From Candidatus Velthaea sp. (GTDB lineage Bacteria > Vulcanimicrobiota > Vulcanimicrobiia > Vulcanimicrobiales > Vulcanimicrobiaceae), in assembly GCA_050012475.1 (NCBI GenBank), contig JBEKHC010000013.1, forward strand, positions 1 to 64,000: a stretch of DNA of 64,000 nt. The letters run 5' to 3'. The notes beneath the pieces are model-generated. The model did not search any database, was not told the origin of the DNA, and saw only the letters and a list, made by a program, of their open reading frames with translations. The first letter of the stretch is position 1. Each line of letters begins with the position of its first letter. The translations under genes were made by a program, and so were the position numbers. Positions 9,253 through 19,009 of the stretch are shown piece by piece.

Positions 9253-10286
9253 CGCTGGCAGACCGCGTCGCAGGTTGTCTGTATGGTGCAGCCATCGGCG
9301 ACGCGCTTGGCTCGGCGTTTGAGTTCGTCGATGCGGCGACGATCCGCCGCTTGCTGCGCGAGCCCTTCGTCTGGCAGTATCGCGCGTCGGTTTCGGGTTC
9401 GTTGCTCCATCCGCGCGAGCCGGGCCGGCCTACCGACGACACTGCGATGGCCCTATCGGTGGCCGGCGCGATCAGCGGCGGTGAACCGCTGACCGCAGCG
9501 CTGTTCGCGCGCCGGTTCCTCACCGATTTAAACTGCGGGACGGGACGCTTCGGCGAGATGTTTTGGAGCGGCGGCCCCGGCGGTGCGACCACTCGAGCGC
9601 TGTCGCGGCTGCGGGCGGGTGCCGATCCAGCAACCTGCGGCCACCCTGAAGATGGTGGCAACGGCGCGGCGATGCGCGCTTACCCGGTCGGGTTCTTGTC
9701 TGATCGCGATGAGGTGCTGCGGGTTGCCGCGCTGCAAGCACGTGTGACGCACGGGCATCCGGCCGCGATCGCCGCGGCGCAGGCGGTCGCGGCTCTCGTA
9801 CACGACGCGTTGGCCGGCCGCGCACCGTCGCTGGATCCGCCGGCCGGCATCGACGAGGCGACCTTCGTCGCGATGTGGCGGGCACTGCATCGCAATATCG
9901 TCTTTGGCGGCCCGCTGCCGGCGGAGCTGCGCAATATCGCGATGAGCGGTTGGGCCTGCGTTGCGGGCGCGCACGCGATTGCGGCCGCGTTCGCCGGCGA
10001 TCCGGAGCGCGCGATCGCGGCTGCCGTCGGCTCGGGCGGCGATACGGACACTGTCGGCAGCATCGTCGGCGCGATCGTTGGCGCGCGGAACGGATTGCAC
10101 GCGCTGCCGCTTCGCTGGGTGGACGGTTTGCGAGACCGACAGTTGGTGGAGGCGGCGATTGTGGATCTACGACTTGCGCGAACCGGTGTCGCTGACACGG
10201 CCTCGAACGAGCTCATGTTGCGCGGAGCAGTTCACGCCCCTAATTCAGAAAATCGATCAGTCGAGCAGCGGAGAAACCCTGCATAA
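9249..10286 (+). CDS. ADP-ribosylglycohydrolase (DraG/ARH family)
   Basis: GAAIGDALG, PTDDT, GNGAAMR, THGH and GGDTDT motifs all intact. Confidence 0.95.
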   Translation: MTLADRVAGCLYGAAIGDALGSAFEFVDAATIRRLLREPFVWQYRASVSGSLLHPREPGRPTDDTAMALSVAGAISGGEPLTAALFARRFLTDLNCGTGRFGEMFWSGGPGGATTRALSRLRAGADPATCGHPEDGGNGAAMRAYPVGFLSDRDEVLRVAALQARVTHGHPAAIAAAQAVAALVHDALAGRAPSLDPPAGIDEATFVAMWRALHRNIVFGGPLPAELRNIAMSGWACVAGAHAIAAAFAGDPERAIAAAVGSGGDTDTVGSIVGAIVGARNGLHALPLRWVDGLRDRQLVEAAIVDLRLARTGVADTASNELMLRGAVHAPNSENRSVEQRRNPA

Positions 10287-10344
10287 ACCCGTCGCAACGG
10301 CAAGCGTTCGATTTCCTATGCCGATTGAGAGGAAGGAGGTTAGC

Positions 10345-10734
10345 ATGTCACATTTGGTGTCAAAACGATGCAGCCGCTGCCCGGAAATGATGCACTACGT
10401 TCCACCGGAACAAACCATGCATGAGCGCTGCAGAAACTATCGGCCGTGTCCTGGTACGTGCGGCACGGAATCAACCGGGTATGAGATCTGCTCCGAGTGT
10501 CGGCCAAAGTTCTCTGTGCCCTCCCGCTTTCGTGCGTATGTCGATGCGCTAATCGAAGGTGGGCGGCTGGATACCAAGACCCAATTTGTTTGCCAGTTTT
10601 GTGTTAAGATCCGGTCTCAAACGGACGACGTACATTTTCTTTTGAATAAAGGGTACACCCAAGACTTCTCGTCGCCGTATAAATCGCCGAAGTGTGATGC
10701 ATGCTTTCGGGACACGAGGAGCTATCTTTTATAA
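10345..10734 (+). CDS. Small Cys-rich (zinc-ribbon-like) hypothetical protein
   Basis: Strong RBS AGGAGGT before ATG 10345; CSRC, CPGTC, CSEC, CQFC, CDAC. Confidence 0.65.
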   Translation: MSHLVSKRCSRCPEMMHYVPPEQTMHERCRNYRPCPGTCGTESTGYEICSECRPKFSVPSRFRAYVDALIEGGRLDTKTQFVCQFCVKIRSQTDDVHFLLNKGYTQDFSSPYKSPKCDACFRDTRSYLL

Positions 10735-11615
10735 TAGCTCGGGTTCGGCCCAGCCTTACTCGTCGCTTTCAAGCGATTTTGATCGCGGTGATTGCGTTGC
10801 GGGCGGGTCGTGCTGCCCGGGCTGCCACGTTACAAGCACTGGTAATCCTCGCCTGTGCACTCTTCCTGCAGAAGATCGGCATCTTCAACAGCCCGACGCT
10901 ACCAGTTGCTGAACATCTGCAGTACCGTTGCTAGACTGGCGCGTATGACCACGATTTGAGCGCCCCGGAACGCCTCGGTCGGGCCAGCAAGTTTCAATCG
11001 CGCGCCGCAGCGTTATCAAAAATGGCGATTCGTTCGTCCGCGATGCGCTCGCCTCTGGCGATGCTAAGAACGCCCCAAGGTCCCGGATTGCACGGAGTAT
11101 CGACTACGCTACGATGCACGGCCGCGCGACGCGCGCGAGGACCGTGGTTTTCATCGACCGGAGCGGCCAGCCGGCGGGAAGCCCGAGCGGCGCCATCGCG
11201 CGATACTCCATGCCCGACACTCCGACTGCCGAGTCCACCGCAACGAACGAAATCTTGCTGGCACCGAGCTGACGTTTCACCACACGATTCACATCGGCTC
11301 TCGTCGTAACGCATGCGGCAAACCAGGCTCGACCTTTCCCGCATGCGGCCAGGCTGACACAATTCACCGATCGCTCGAGCGTGACGCCATAGCAATCGCA
11401 GAATGCGCGCGTATCCGCGAGCTCGGGATCGGTCTCTGCGCGAAAACATCGTTCGCCGAAACATTTCCATCGCAGCTGTAGAGCGCGGCAGCTCTTGCCT
11501 CTTCGTCAGATTGCGTCTGTGCAAGCTCGAGCGGTAACCGGAAGCCTTGCTTCTTCAAAAGGGACCACATCGGGGTCCATAGCCACATCGATTGCGCACA
11601 ATCGACAGTGCCGAA

Positions 11616-12175
11616 TGGCCCCGCCGGGCCAGCGCGCCCTACCCGATCTGCTCGAGGCAGACTCCATCAAGCACGCGCGCCGCGCCGTTGCCGCGCTCGA
11701 GCGTGACGGCTACGAGTGGACGCCGCTGGGCGGAAAAGAGAGCAACTTCGGCCTCGTCAATATTGGGTCCGACCCGGACTTTTGCGTTCTCGAGCGCATC
11801 GCGAACGCCCTGGATGCCGTCATCACGAAGCGGCGCGTCACGCGCCCGCTGCGCTCGTCCCGAGTTGGGCGCGCAGCGCGCGGCGGTCGCCGCGCTGTTT
11901 GGCATTCCGCAAGGAGGCTGACGCGTGCGGCCGTTGCGTTCGAGTGCAGCACGCTCGTCCGCCATTTCGACTACGATCTTGAGCGCTACCGTAGCGACGT
12001 GCGGCTGCCCAAACGGAGCATCCTGGCGCTGGTGCGCACCAGCCTGTTCGATCCTGTATTGCCGTTCACGATCGGCGAAGGGCACACGCGCTTTCGGCAC
12101 GACCCGCAAGCGCCGGCGACGGTCGTGTACGCCGGCCGATTCGCCGACTTGCAGCCCGCCGACGCCGCGCTCTAC
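11616..12175 (+). pseudogene. Degenerate, internally deleted copy of the 5' part of the GHKL ATPase gene
   Basis: Near-identical blocks such as GGCTACGAGTGGACGCCGCTGGGCGGAAAAGAG and TTCGACTACGATCTTGAGCGCTA; aligns to ~13160-13460 and ~13840-14095. Confidence 0.9.
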
Positions 12176-12367
12176 CGGTATGCAGCACGGAGCGGCTTGA
12201 GCAACGCAATGGAAAGCGTCAGCAGGTTTCGACCAGCCCGGATGGGGCAACGGTTCGCCATGCGTCGATTGGTCGCGACTCGCGGTATCAATGGGAGTCT
12301 TGGCATCGCCGTCCCTTTTCGGCCTCTCAAGACCGTCAATGGCGGGTCGAACGAAGCTTCATTTGAG

Positions 12368-12415
12368 TTGCCAGCGCGACCAAGATCAGCTATACTGGTC
12401 AGACAAAATGACCAG
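12368..12415 (+). promoter_or_regulatory. Sigma70 promoter and TA autoregulatory operator
   Basis: TTGCCA-N17-TATACT (12368-12396); palindrome CTGGTCA-N7-TGACCAG (12395-12415). Confidence 0.75.
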
Positions 12416-12644
12416 AAAGAACAGCTTCTCGATGCCGGCCACCGAGTTCAAGGCGCATTGCCTCGAACTGATGGATCGTGTCGAGAGCTCGGGCGTGACG
12501 ATTACGATAACGAAACATGGGAAACCCGTGGCGCGGCTCGTTCCCCTCACATCAGAATCCACGTCCTTCTTCGGCTCCCTACCGGTAACGGTCGTCGGCG
12601 ATATCGTCGGCCCGACCGGCGAAACGTGGGACGCCGAGCACTGA
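12408..12644 (+). CDS. Phd/YefM family antitoxin
   Basis: ATEFKAHCLELMDRV..ITITKHGKPVARLVP. Confidence 0.93.
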   Translation: MTRKNSFSMPATEFKAHCLELMDRVESSGVTITITKHGKPVARLVPLTSESTSFFGSLPVTVVGDIVGPTGETWDAEH

Positions 12645-13048
12645 TTCTCCTCGACACGCACGTTGCAGTCTGGTACGCCGCCGGGATCGAGCTAAAGCCG
12701 CGCATCGTCGCACTTATCGGCGAGGCTGCCCAGCAAAACGGCGTCTTCCTATCGGCGATCTCCGCTTGGGAAATCGGCATGCTCGTCGCCAAAGGGAGAT
12801 TGGTGCTGGGCGGTTCAGCCGAAGCCTATGTTCGTGATTTGTATTCCCGTGAAGGAGTTGTTGAGGAGCCGGTCACGTCGACGATCGCCGAGCTCTCGTC
12901 TCGTCTTCCCGGCGTCTTTCATGGCGACCCAGCCGACCGCATCATCGTCGCGAGTGCCGCGCTGCGCTCAGCGACGCTGGCTACGCGCGATGACCGGATT
13001 CTCAGCTACGCTCGGAAAACGGGTCTCGTGAAAATCGCGCCGTGCTAG
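12626..13048 (+). CDS. vapC: VapC/PIN-domain toxin
   Basis: LLDTHVAVW, SAISAWEIGML, HGDPADRIIVA, LATRD; overlaps the antitoxin stop. Confidence 0.92.
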   Translation: MGRRALILLDTHVAVWYAAGIELKPRIVALIGEAAQQNGVFLSAISAWEIGMLVAKGRLVLGGSAEAYVRDLYSREGVVEEPVTSTIAELSSRLPGVFHGDPADRIIVASAALRSATLATRDDRILSYARKTGLVKIAPC

Positions 13049-13153
13049 GGGCGGTGTTGGGCGCCGCAGCGCCATGACGCCAAACAGCTTCGCCGCCGGC
13101 CCGTTCGCCGCACCTTGCGATGCATCGGCGACGCTTCGCGAACGGTTCGATTC

Positions 13154-15409
13154 GTGAAAGCACCGCCCGACCAGCGCGCTTTACTCGAACTGCTCGAGGC
13201 CTATTCCATGAAGGACGCGCGCCGCGCCGTTGCTGCGCTCGAGCGGGACGGCTACGAATGGACGCCGCTGGGCGGAAAAGAGGGCAACTTCGGCCTCGTG
13301 AATATCGGGTCCGACCCCGGTTTTGCGTTCGTCGAGCGCATCACGAACGCCCTCGACGCCGTCATCGACGAAGCCGCGCGTCACGCGCCTGCTGCGCTCG
13401 TCGCCGAGTTGGACTCACCGCGCGCGGCGGTCGCAGCGCTGTTCGACATTCCGGAAGGACGTGTCGTGCACTGCAGCGCCGAAGCGCAAACGAAGCTTGC
13501 CGGTGCGGTCACCGTCCGCATCAGCGACGGCAGCAGCGTCGCACGACCGCTGCTCGACGTGAGCGATCGCGGCACGGGGATCGCGCCGGACGCCATGCCC
13601 GCCACCATCCTCAACTTAGCGGGCAGCAACAAGATCGCCAAACCGTATCTGGCCGGCGCCTACGGTCAGGGCGGTTCGACCACCTTCGCCTTCTCGCCCG
13701 ACGGCACGGTGATCGCCTCGGCTACCGCGGACTCAGAGGTCGGCGTCACCTTCGTGCGCTTTCGCGAACTCGACGCGCGCACGAATAAAAACGGACGCTA
13801 CGAGTATCTCGTGCGGCCCGGCGCCCGCGGCGTCGGCCGCCTGACGCGTGCGGCCGTTGCGTTCGAGCGCGGCACGCTCGTGCGCCACTTCGACTACGAC
13901 CTCGAGCGCTATCGCGGCGACGCGCGGCTGCCCGAACAAAGCATTCTGGCGCTGGTGCGCACCGCCCTATTCGATCCGGTATTACCGTTCACGATTGTCG
14001 AGGCGCGCACGCGCTTTCGGCGCGACCCGCAAGCGCCCCCCGCGGTCGTGTACGCCGGCCGATTCGCCGACCTTCAGCGCGCCGGCGCGGCGCTCGAGTA
14101 CGCCCAGTCGGTGGCGATTCCGCTCGAACCGCGCGGTGCTGACAACATTGCCGCCGCGCATTATTGGGTGCTCGCTGAACCCAGCGCGCTGCTGCATCCC
14201 GATCCGCGCCAGCCGGTTGTGATGACGAACTTCGGGCAGACGCACGGCACCGAAGAACGCCGCGTTATCGTCGACCTCCTGCGGCTGCCATACCTCAAGA
14301 ACGAGCTGGTCATCCAGATTGAGCTCGACGGCTTGAGCGCCACGGTTCGGCGCGAGCTGCTCTCGACGACCCGCGACCGACTCAAACGCGGCGCACGCTA
14401 CACCGCCCTCATCGACGCCATCGTCGATGCCCTCGGCGACGATCCCCAACTGCAAGCAGCTAACACGCGCCGGCGGCTGCAGCTCCTCGAACGCCAACAG
14501 AAAAGCGATTACACCAAGCTGCGCCGCCGCTTCGCCGAGCTGATCGAGAAGTTCGCGCCGGGGGACGAAGCCGCGGCGAAACGCGGGGCGGGAAACGGCG
14601 CCGTGACGGCGGCAGGCGGCGCGTCCGAAAGCGGACCGGACGCTGCGGGAAATCCGTTGCCGACCCTAGCGCATCCGACTTTTTTGCGCATTGCACGTGG
14701 CGACGAACCGCTCGCGCTCAGGCGCAGTCGGCGCAGCATCGTGCGGGTGGAATCCGACGCACCCGACGGCTACCTCTCGCTGCACGAAAACGCGCGTCTC
14801 GTGGTGGTCGATCCGACGCTTACGAGCATCGCCTTCGTGCGCGCGTCGGATTTCCGCGGGGGCCGCGCGCGGCTCACCGTGCGCACCGCGTTGCCGGCGG
14901 GTTCCTGCGGCGAACTCGCGGTGCGCTTGGCGGATGCCGAGGGGCGCGTCTTCGCCGACACGGCACCGTACGCGGTCGTCGATCCACCGGCGCCCGAACC
15001 GGCCGCCGACGACGGCAAGAGCCGCCTGCGCGTGCCCAACATTTACGAAGTCTATTCCGCCGACTGGCTGCGTCACGAGTTCACCGATGCGAGCGTCGGC
15101 CGGGCATACGAATCCACCGATGACTACAGCATCGCCGTCAACATGGACAACCGTCACGTGCGCCGTCTGCTGACCACGATCGATTATCAAGCGGCCGGGA
15201 TCACGCGCGTGCGGTCGAGTTATCTCGTGCAGACGGCGTTCTATCTCTTTCTCCAGCACGAAGGGCGCCGGCACGACCCCGCGATCGACGACGCCGCCCT
15301 CGAGGCCTATCAGCAACGCGAACTCGATCGCGTCGCGCAGACCATCGTTTCCTCGATCGCCGCCGTTGAGCGCATCGACTCCGCAGCGCTGCTGGAAATC
15401 GACGCGTAG
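13154..15409 (+). CDS. MORC/GHKL (HATPase-like) ATP-binding protein
   Basis: Bergerat-fold motifs ERITNALDA, DRGTGI, SNK..GAYGQGG, GTLVRH; coiled-coil-like middle region. Confidence 0.85.
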   Translation: MKAPPDQRALLELLEAYSMKDARRAVAALERDGYEWTPLGGKEGNFGLVNIGSDPGFAFVERITNALDAVIDEAARHAPAALVAELDSPRAAVAALFDIPEGRVVHCSAEAQTKLAGAVTVRISDGSSVARPLLDVSDRGTGIAPDAMPATILNLAGSNKIAKPYLAGAYGQGGSTTFAFSPDGTVIASATADSEVGVTFVRFRELDARTNKNGRYEYLVRPGARGVGRLTRAAVAFERGTLVRHFDYDLERYRGDARLPEQSILALVRTALFDPVLPFTIVEARTRFRRDPQAPPAVVYAGRFADLQRAGAALEYAQSVAIPLEPRGADNIAAAHYWVLAEPSALLHPDPRQPVVMTNFGQTHGTEERRVIVDLLRLPYLKNELVIQIELDGLSATVRRELLSTTRDRLKRGARYTALIDAIVDALGDDPQLQAANTRRRLQLLERQQKSDYTKLRRRFAELIEKFAPGDEAAAKRGAGNGAVTAAGGASESGPDAAGNPLPTLAHPTFLRIARGDEPLALRRSRRSIVRVESDAPDGYLSLHENARLVVVDPTLTSIAFVRASDFRGGRARLTVRTALPAGSCGELAVRLADAEGRVFADTAPYAVVDPPAPEPAADDGKSRLRVPNIYEVYSADWLRHEFTDASVGRAYESTDDYSIAVNMDNRHVRRLLTTIDYQAAGITRVRSSYLVQTAFYLFLQHEGRRHDPAIDDAALEAYQQRELDRVAQTIVSSIAAVERIDSAALLEIDA

Positions 15410-16731
15410 CGGGAAGGCCACGGCGTCGTTGATTCGGGGCTTCAATCGCGGTCAAGTATTGAGCCACTATGTTCACCAGCACCAGCAACGCAATTCCGCA
15501 CGCGTCGGCACGCTGATATCTTTCGCCCAGGCGCTCCAGTCGCCGCAGGAACGAACAGAACAGAAATTTTTCCAGCAGCGACAGCCGCGTTAGGAAAGCT
15601 TGTCAGCGGCGCCTGGCCTGGAGTTTCGGTTCGCCCCAGCGTCACACGATCAGGCCTAGGTGGCAGTTCGCCGCGCCTTTAACCCGTTCATACGCTGCCG
15701 CAGAACGTTGGGCACACGTCTTGAGGGGTAGGCGCGCCGGCCGAATGCAGCACGCGATACAGTGCCCGCTCCTTATCGCACGTTTACGTTGCCGCCGCTT
15801 TCGTTCCGTGGCTGAAGTCAAGCCGCGTCGACCTCTATGAACTCACCGCTTGGAATCGGGATCGGTAAACCGTCTTCGCGCTTTCCTGCAATCTGCATTT
15901 GGATAGCTTGACGGATCGACTCTCGCCAGCCTTGCCGCGCAGGAGTTGCATCCATCTGATCGCGAGTGTGCTGTCGGGGGCATCGCGCTTCGAGGCCTGG
16001 TCCCGGCGAAGGCGAACCGCGCCCTGGCCGGCAAAGAGTAGGTCGAATCGCAGAGCGGCTCGTTGGTGGTCTGATCGTCGGCCGATCCGTACGCCGAAGT
16101 GGTATTCGTGAAGCGACTGCTTGCGGTTGCCGGAATGCGCGTGAACCAACGCGAGCATGAACTGCGCTAAGGCGAACCGCGCTGCTCCACCTTTATACAC
16201 TTTTCGATACGAGGTGACCGTCTTTCGGGTCGGATGCAGAGGTCGCGTGAATGCAGCACCTCAGAGAAAGAGTCCGTAGTTACGGACTCTTTCGAGTGTA
16301 CTGAGTTACAATGAGTCAGGGTGCCGCGGTGTGCCGAATTTCGCTTCATCCTAAGCTTCTCGGAACCTTACCGTAAGACTCACGTTACCGGTTCGGAGCT
16401 CGATCGACCGACATCTCGGCCGGGAGGGAGACGCCGCTTGACTCCGTTCGATGCCGACAGCAGGAGAACTCCGTGGGATCAGTATGCGAGCCGCTTAAAT
16501 GGGCCGCCACTTGGTTGAATAATCTGCTACGCCCATGACGAGATAATCTGCCACACCCATGACGCTCATCCGATTCATGCATGTCGTAGCGAAGTGGTCG
16601 TTTGGCTGGGATTTCGGAATGCTTGGAGCCGCGATAAAACCGACTGACGACCATTGTCCGCGCTCACGCTTAGAACGAAAAGGATTTGGTTATCATTAAT
16701 ACGTTTCGCGGACTGAGGAGAGCGGACCCCA

Positions 16732-17241
16732 ATGAATGCTAATGCTGGCGCGGCTTCGGCCCTTATCGGTGAGATGGTTGGCACATGGAGAGTCCAGGAG
16801 TGGATGTGGGGTGGTCCGGGCAGCGAAGCCGCGTCATTGCCTGCGGCAGTAGCCGAGCGACAGGCGATCGGAGCTGAGTTCGTCCAAGAAGTGATGCGCG
16901 CGCCGGCCGGCGGGAAAGGCGCTTTTACCCGCATCTCTTATTTTGGCTACAACGCCGTGAACCAGCAGTTCGAGTACTTTTCTCTCGATACACGAGCTCC
17001 GCAAATGATGAACCAGCGGAGCATTGATGCTGATGTCGGACCCTCCGGCGTAAACCTGCTCGGCGGCACCTTCATCGCGCCGCAGTGGGGCAACACCACG
17101 AATGGAGCGTTTCGCTATCGCATTGTCGTTGGACCGGTTCAAAACGATCGTCAGGAAGTGGATCTCTACCTGACTCCGCTTTCGGCGTCCGCCCAGCCCG
17201 AATTCCTTGCATTCAAATACGTCTACTCGCGCGTGCGTTGA
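16732..17241 (+). CDS. DUF1579-like beta-barrel protein
   Basis: RBS GAGGAG; MVGTWRV..FVQE..GYNAVNQQFEYFSLD. Confidence 0.7.
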   Translation: MNANAGAASALIGEMVGTWRVQEWMWGGPGSEAASLPAAVAERQAIGAEFVQEVMRAPAGGKGAFTRISYFGYNAVNQQFEYFSLDTRAPQMMNQRSIDADVGPSGVNLLGGTFIAPQWGNTTNGAFRYRIVVGPVQNDRQEVDLYLTPLSASAQPEFLAFKYVYSRVR

Positions 17242-17391
17242 TCGCGCTTAACGCATCGCCGGTACAAGCGAACCCACACTTTAAACCCACACTTTAAAAT
17301 GAAGTCGCCAGCAACTCCGGCGGCGTCGCTCGCCAAAAAGTGCTCCGGCGCCGAGAACGGTTGATCCATTTCGAGTTCCGAGACGGTCGGA

Positions 17392-18162
17392 TTAGTGTTT
17401 TTTCCCGGGTCCCAGAGCGAACTCGTAGCTCGCGTAGGCTGAAAATGCGTTGTCGCCGTGGATCGAGCGGCCAAATGAAAAGAGCATCGCATGGTACGGC
17501 CCAATCTGCGTCGTCAACCCGAGGCTCGCCGCCGTCGTATCCGTTCCGCCGATCGTAGGGGCACCTTGATGAAAAAGTTCCACCCCCAATGTCGTCGCCG
17601 TGGAAAGCACGCGTTCGACGGCACCGCCGACGAACGTGTAATCGCGCAGGCCGGGACCGGTGTTGAGGTAGAGACCCCCGCCGCCAAAAGCAGTCCAAGC
17701 GCCGGAACTCTTTTGCAGCCAAAGCGGCAAGAACGTCACTGCGTGACCGCAACACATCGCGGGGATCTCGATGCTCGGATAAAACGAGATCTGCGGCCGA
17801 TTGTCCGATTCCTGGACGAATCGAACCTTGACGCCGAATTCAGTACCGCCGTAGCCAAAGCGGTGCCCGCTGCTCGCGTCGTCGTAGTCTAACGGCAGGG
17901 CTGTCGATACTTGAACGTTTGGCATCGCTCCGTAGTTGAATTCAGCAAAAGGGACACTTGCACGAATTCCGTCGCGTCCCTCATTGTCGTATTGGAAGCC
18001 CGTATAGATTTCCCAGTGACGGTATTCCGTGGGCTCCGGATCGTCCGTCACGAAGGGCGGTCCGGCGACGGCACGCGGCGTGCAAACACTCGCAACGATC
18101 GCCGCCGTTAGCCCCACGGTAGACACGAACCGACCCTTCTTCGGTACGAACCGAAAGGTCAT
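17392..18162 (-). CDS. Putative exported beta-barrel/transporter-like protein
   Basis: Signal peptide, GPPFVTDDPEP, alternating beta-strand pattern. Confidence 0.7.
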   Translation of the reverse strand: MTFRFVPKKGRFVSTVGLTAAIVASVCTPRAVAGPPFVTDDPEPTEYRHWEIYTGFQYDNEGRDGIRASVPFAEFNYGAMPNVQVSTALPLDYDDASSGHRFGYGGTEFGVKVRFVQESDNRPQISFYPSIEIPAMCCGHAVTFLPLWLQKSSGAWTAFGGGGLYLNTGPGLRDYTFVGGAVERVLSTATTLGVELFHQGAPTIGGTDTTAASLGLTTQIGPYHAMLFSFGRSIHGDNAFSAYASYEFALGPGKKH

Positions 18163-18560
18163 CGAGCTGTACCGATGCCAAGCTCGTGCTCGGCAAACGC
18201 CTTCAACCTGCCAATCACTTTATCGCGTTGCAACCCCGGAACAGCGAGAACCAATCATAAACTCCCTCGGGAGGTCGCGATGGTTTGGGTGAATTCAATC
18301 CAGTGACCGTCCGAACATTCAGAGTTTTGCCTCAGCAGCTTGGCAGCGGCGAAGCACTTGATCGGTGAACCGTCGCGAGTAGGGGCTGCCGCCCCCATCG
18401 ATGAGTCGATCCTTGAATGTGCTCGTAGGGTGCTGGCGGCAGAACACGTTCCTAGCTGACACCGAAGACTGTTCTCACTGAGAACCAGGACCCGCACGGC
18501 TTGAATCGCAAACACGAACATCCGCATAAATCCGTCGATTGCGTGGATCGAGCTCGCACT

Positions 18561-18750
18561 AACCTCCGGCACCGCTCGTCGGATCTCGTTGACCGAGCTC
18601 GTGCAAACTCCGGCACCGCTCGTCGGATCTCGTTGACCGAGCTCGTGCAAACCTCCGGCACCGCTCATCGGATCTCGTTGACCGAGCTTGCGCAAACCTC
18701 TGGCGGAACGTCCAATCTCGTCGATCGAAGTCGCGCAGACTTCCGACACC
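18561..18750. repeat. Tandem 45-bp repeat (3 good plus ~1.5 degenerate units)
   Basis: AACCTCCGGCACCGCTCGTCGGATCTCGTTGACCGAGCTCGTGCA head-to-tail; second unit 44 bp; no spacers. Confidence 0.9.
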
Positions 18751-19009
18751 GATGGTCTTGCCGCTGAAGCTCTGCACGTTCTTGGCCCCGAGTTAGCATC
18801 GACGACGAAAGCGGGGAACGCGCGCCGCTGATGACGGCGAAGACGACCAAGCGTCGCGGAAGCCGATCCGTATAGCCGACGCGTTTTCTGGTCTTGCAAG
18901 AATCCCGCCATTGCTCGGATGCGCGCCCTGTCAGCGCCGGCGCCCGCGTTCGTTTCGATAGGCGATGAGCGCCGGCGCGGCCAACGGTTACAAAACCGTA
19001 GGAGCAACT

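Noticed and set aside
9961..10344. N-terminal half of the 257-aa ORF
   Set aside because: Overlaps ARH out of frame; the SD supports a start at 10345
11495..13048. 517-aa GHKL-PIN fusion ORF
   Set aside because: Chance read-through of the GHKL relic into vapC; the TA pair has its own promoter and overlapping starts
15420..16730. Short ORFs after the GHKL gene (also 10740-11600, 25260-26190, 30450-31170)
   Set aside because: No recognisable motifs or convincing starts; probably eroded DNA
18561..18750. Possible CRISPR array
   Set aside because: Units are contiguous with no unique spacers, and there are no cas genes
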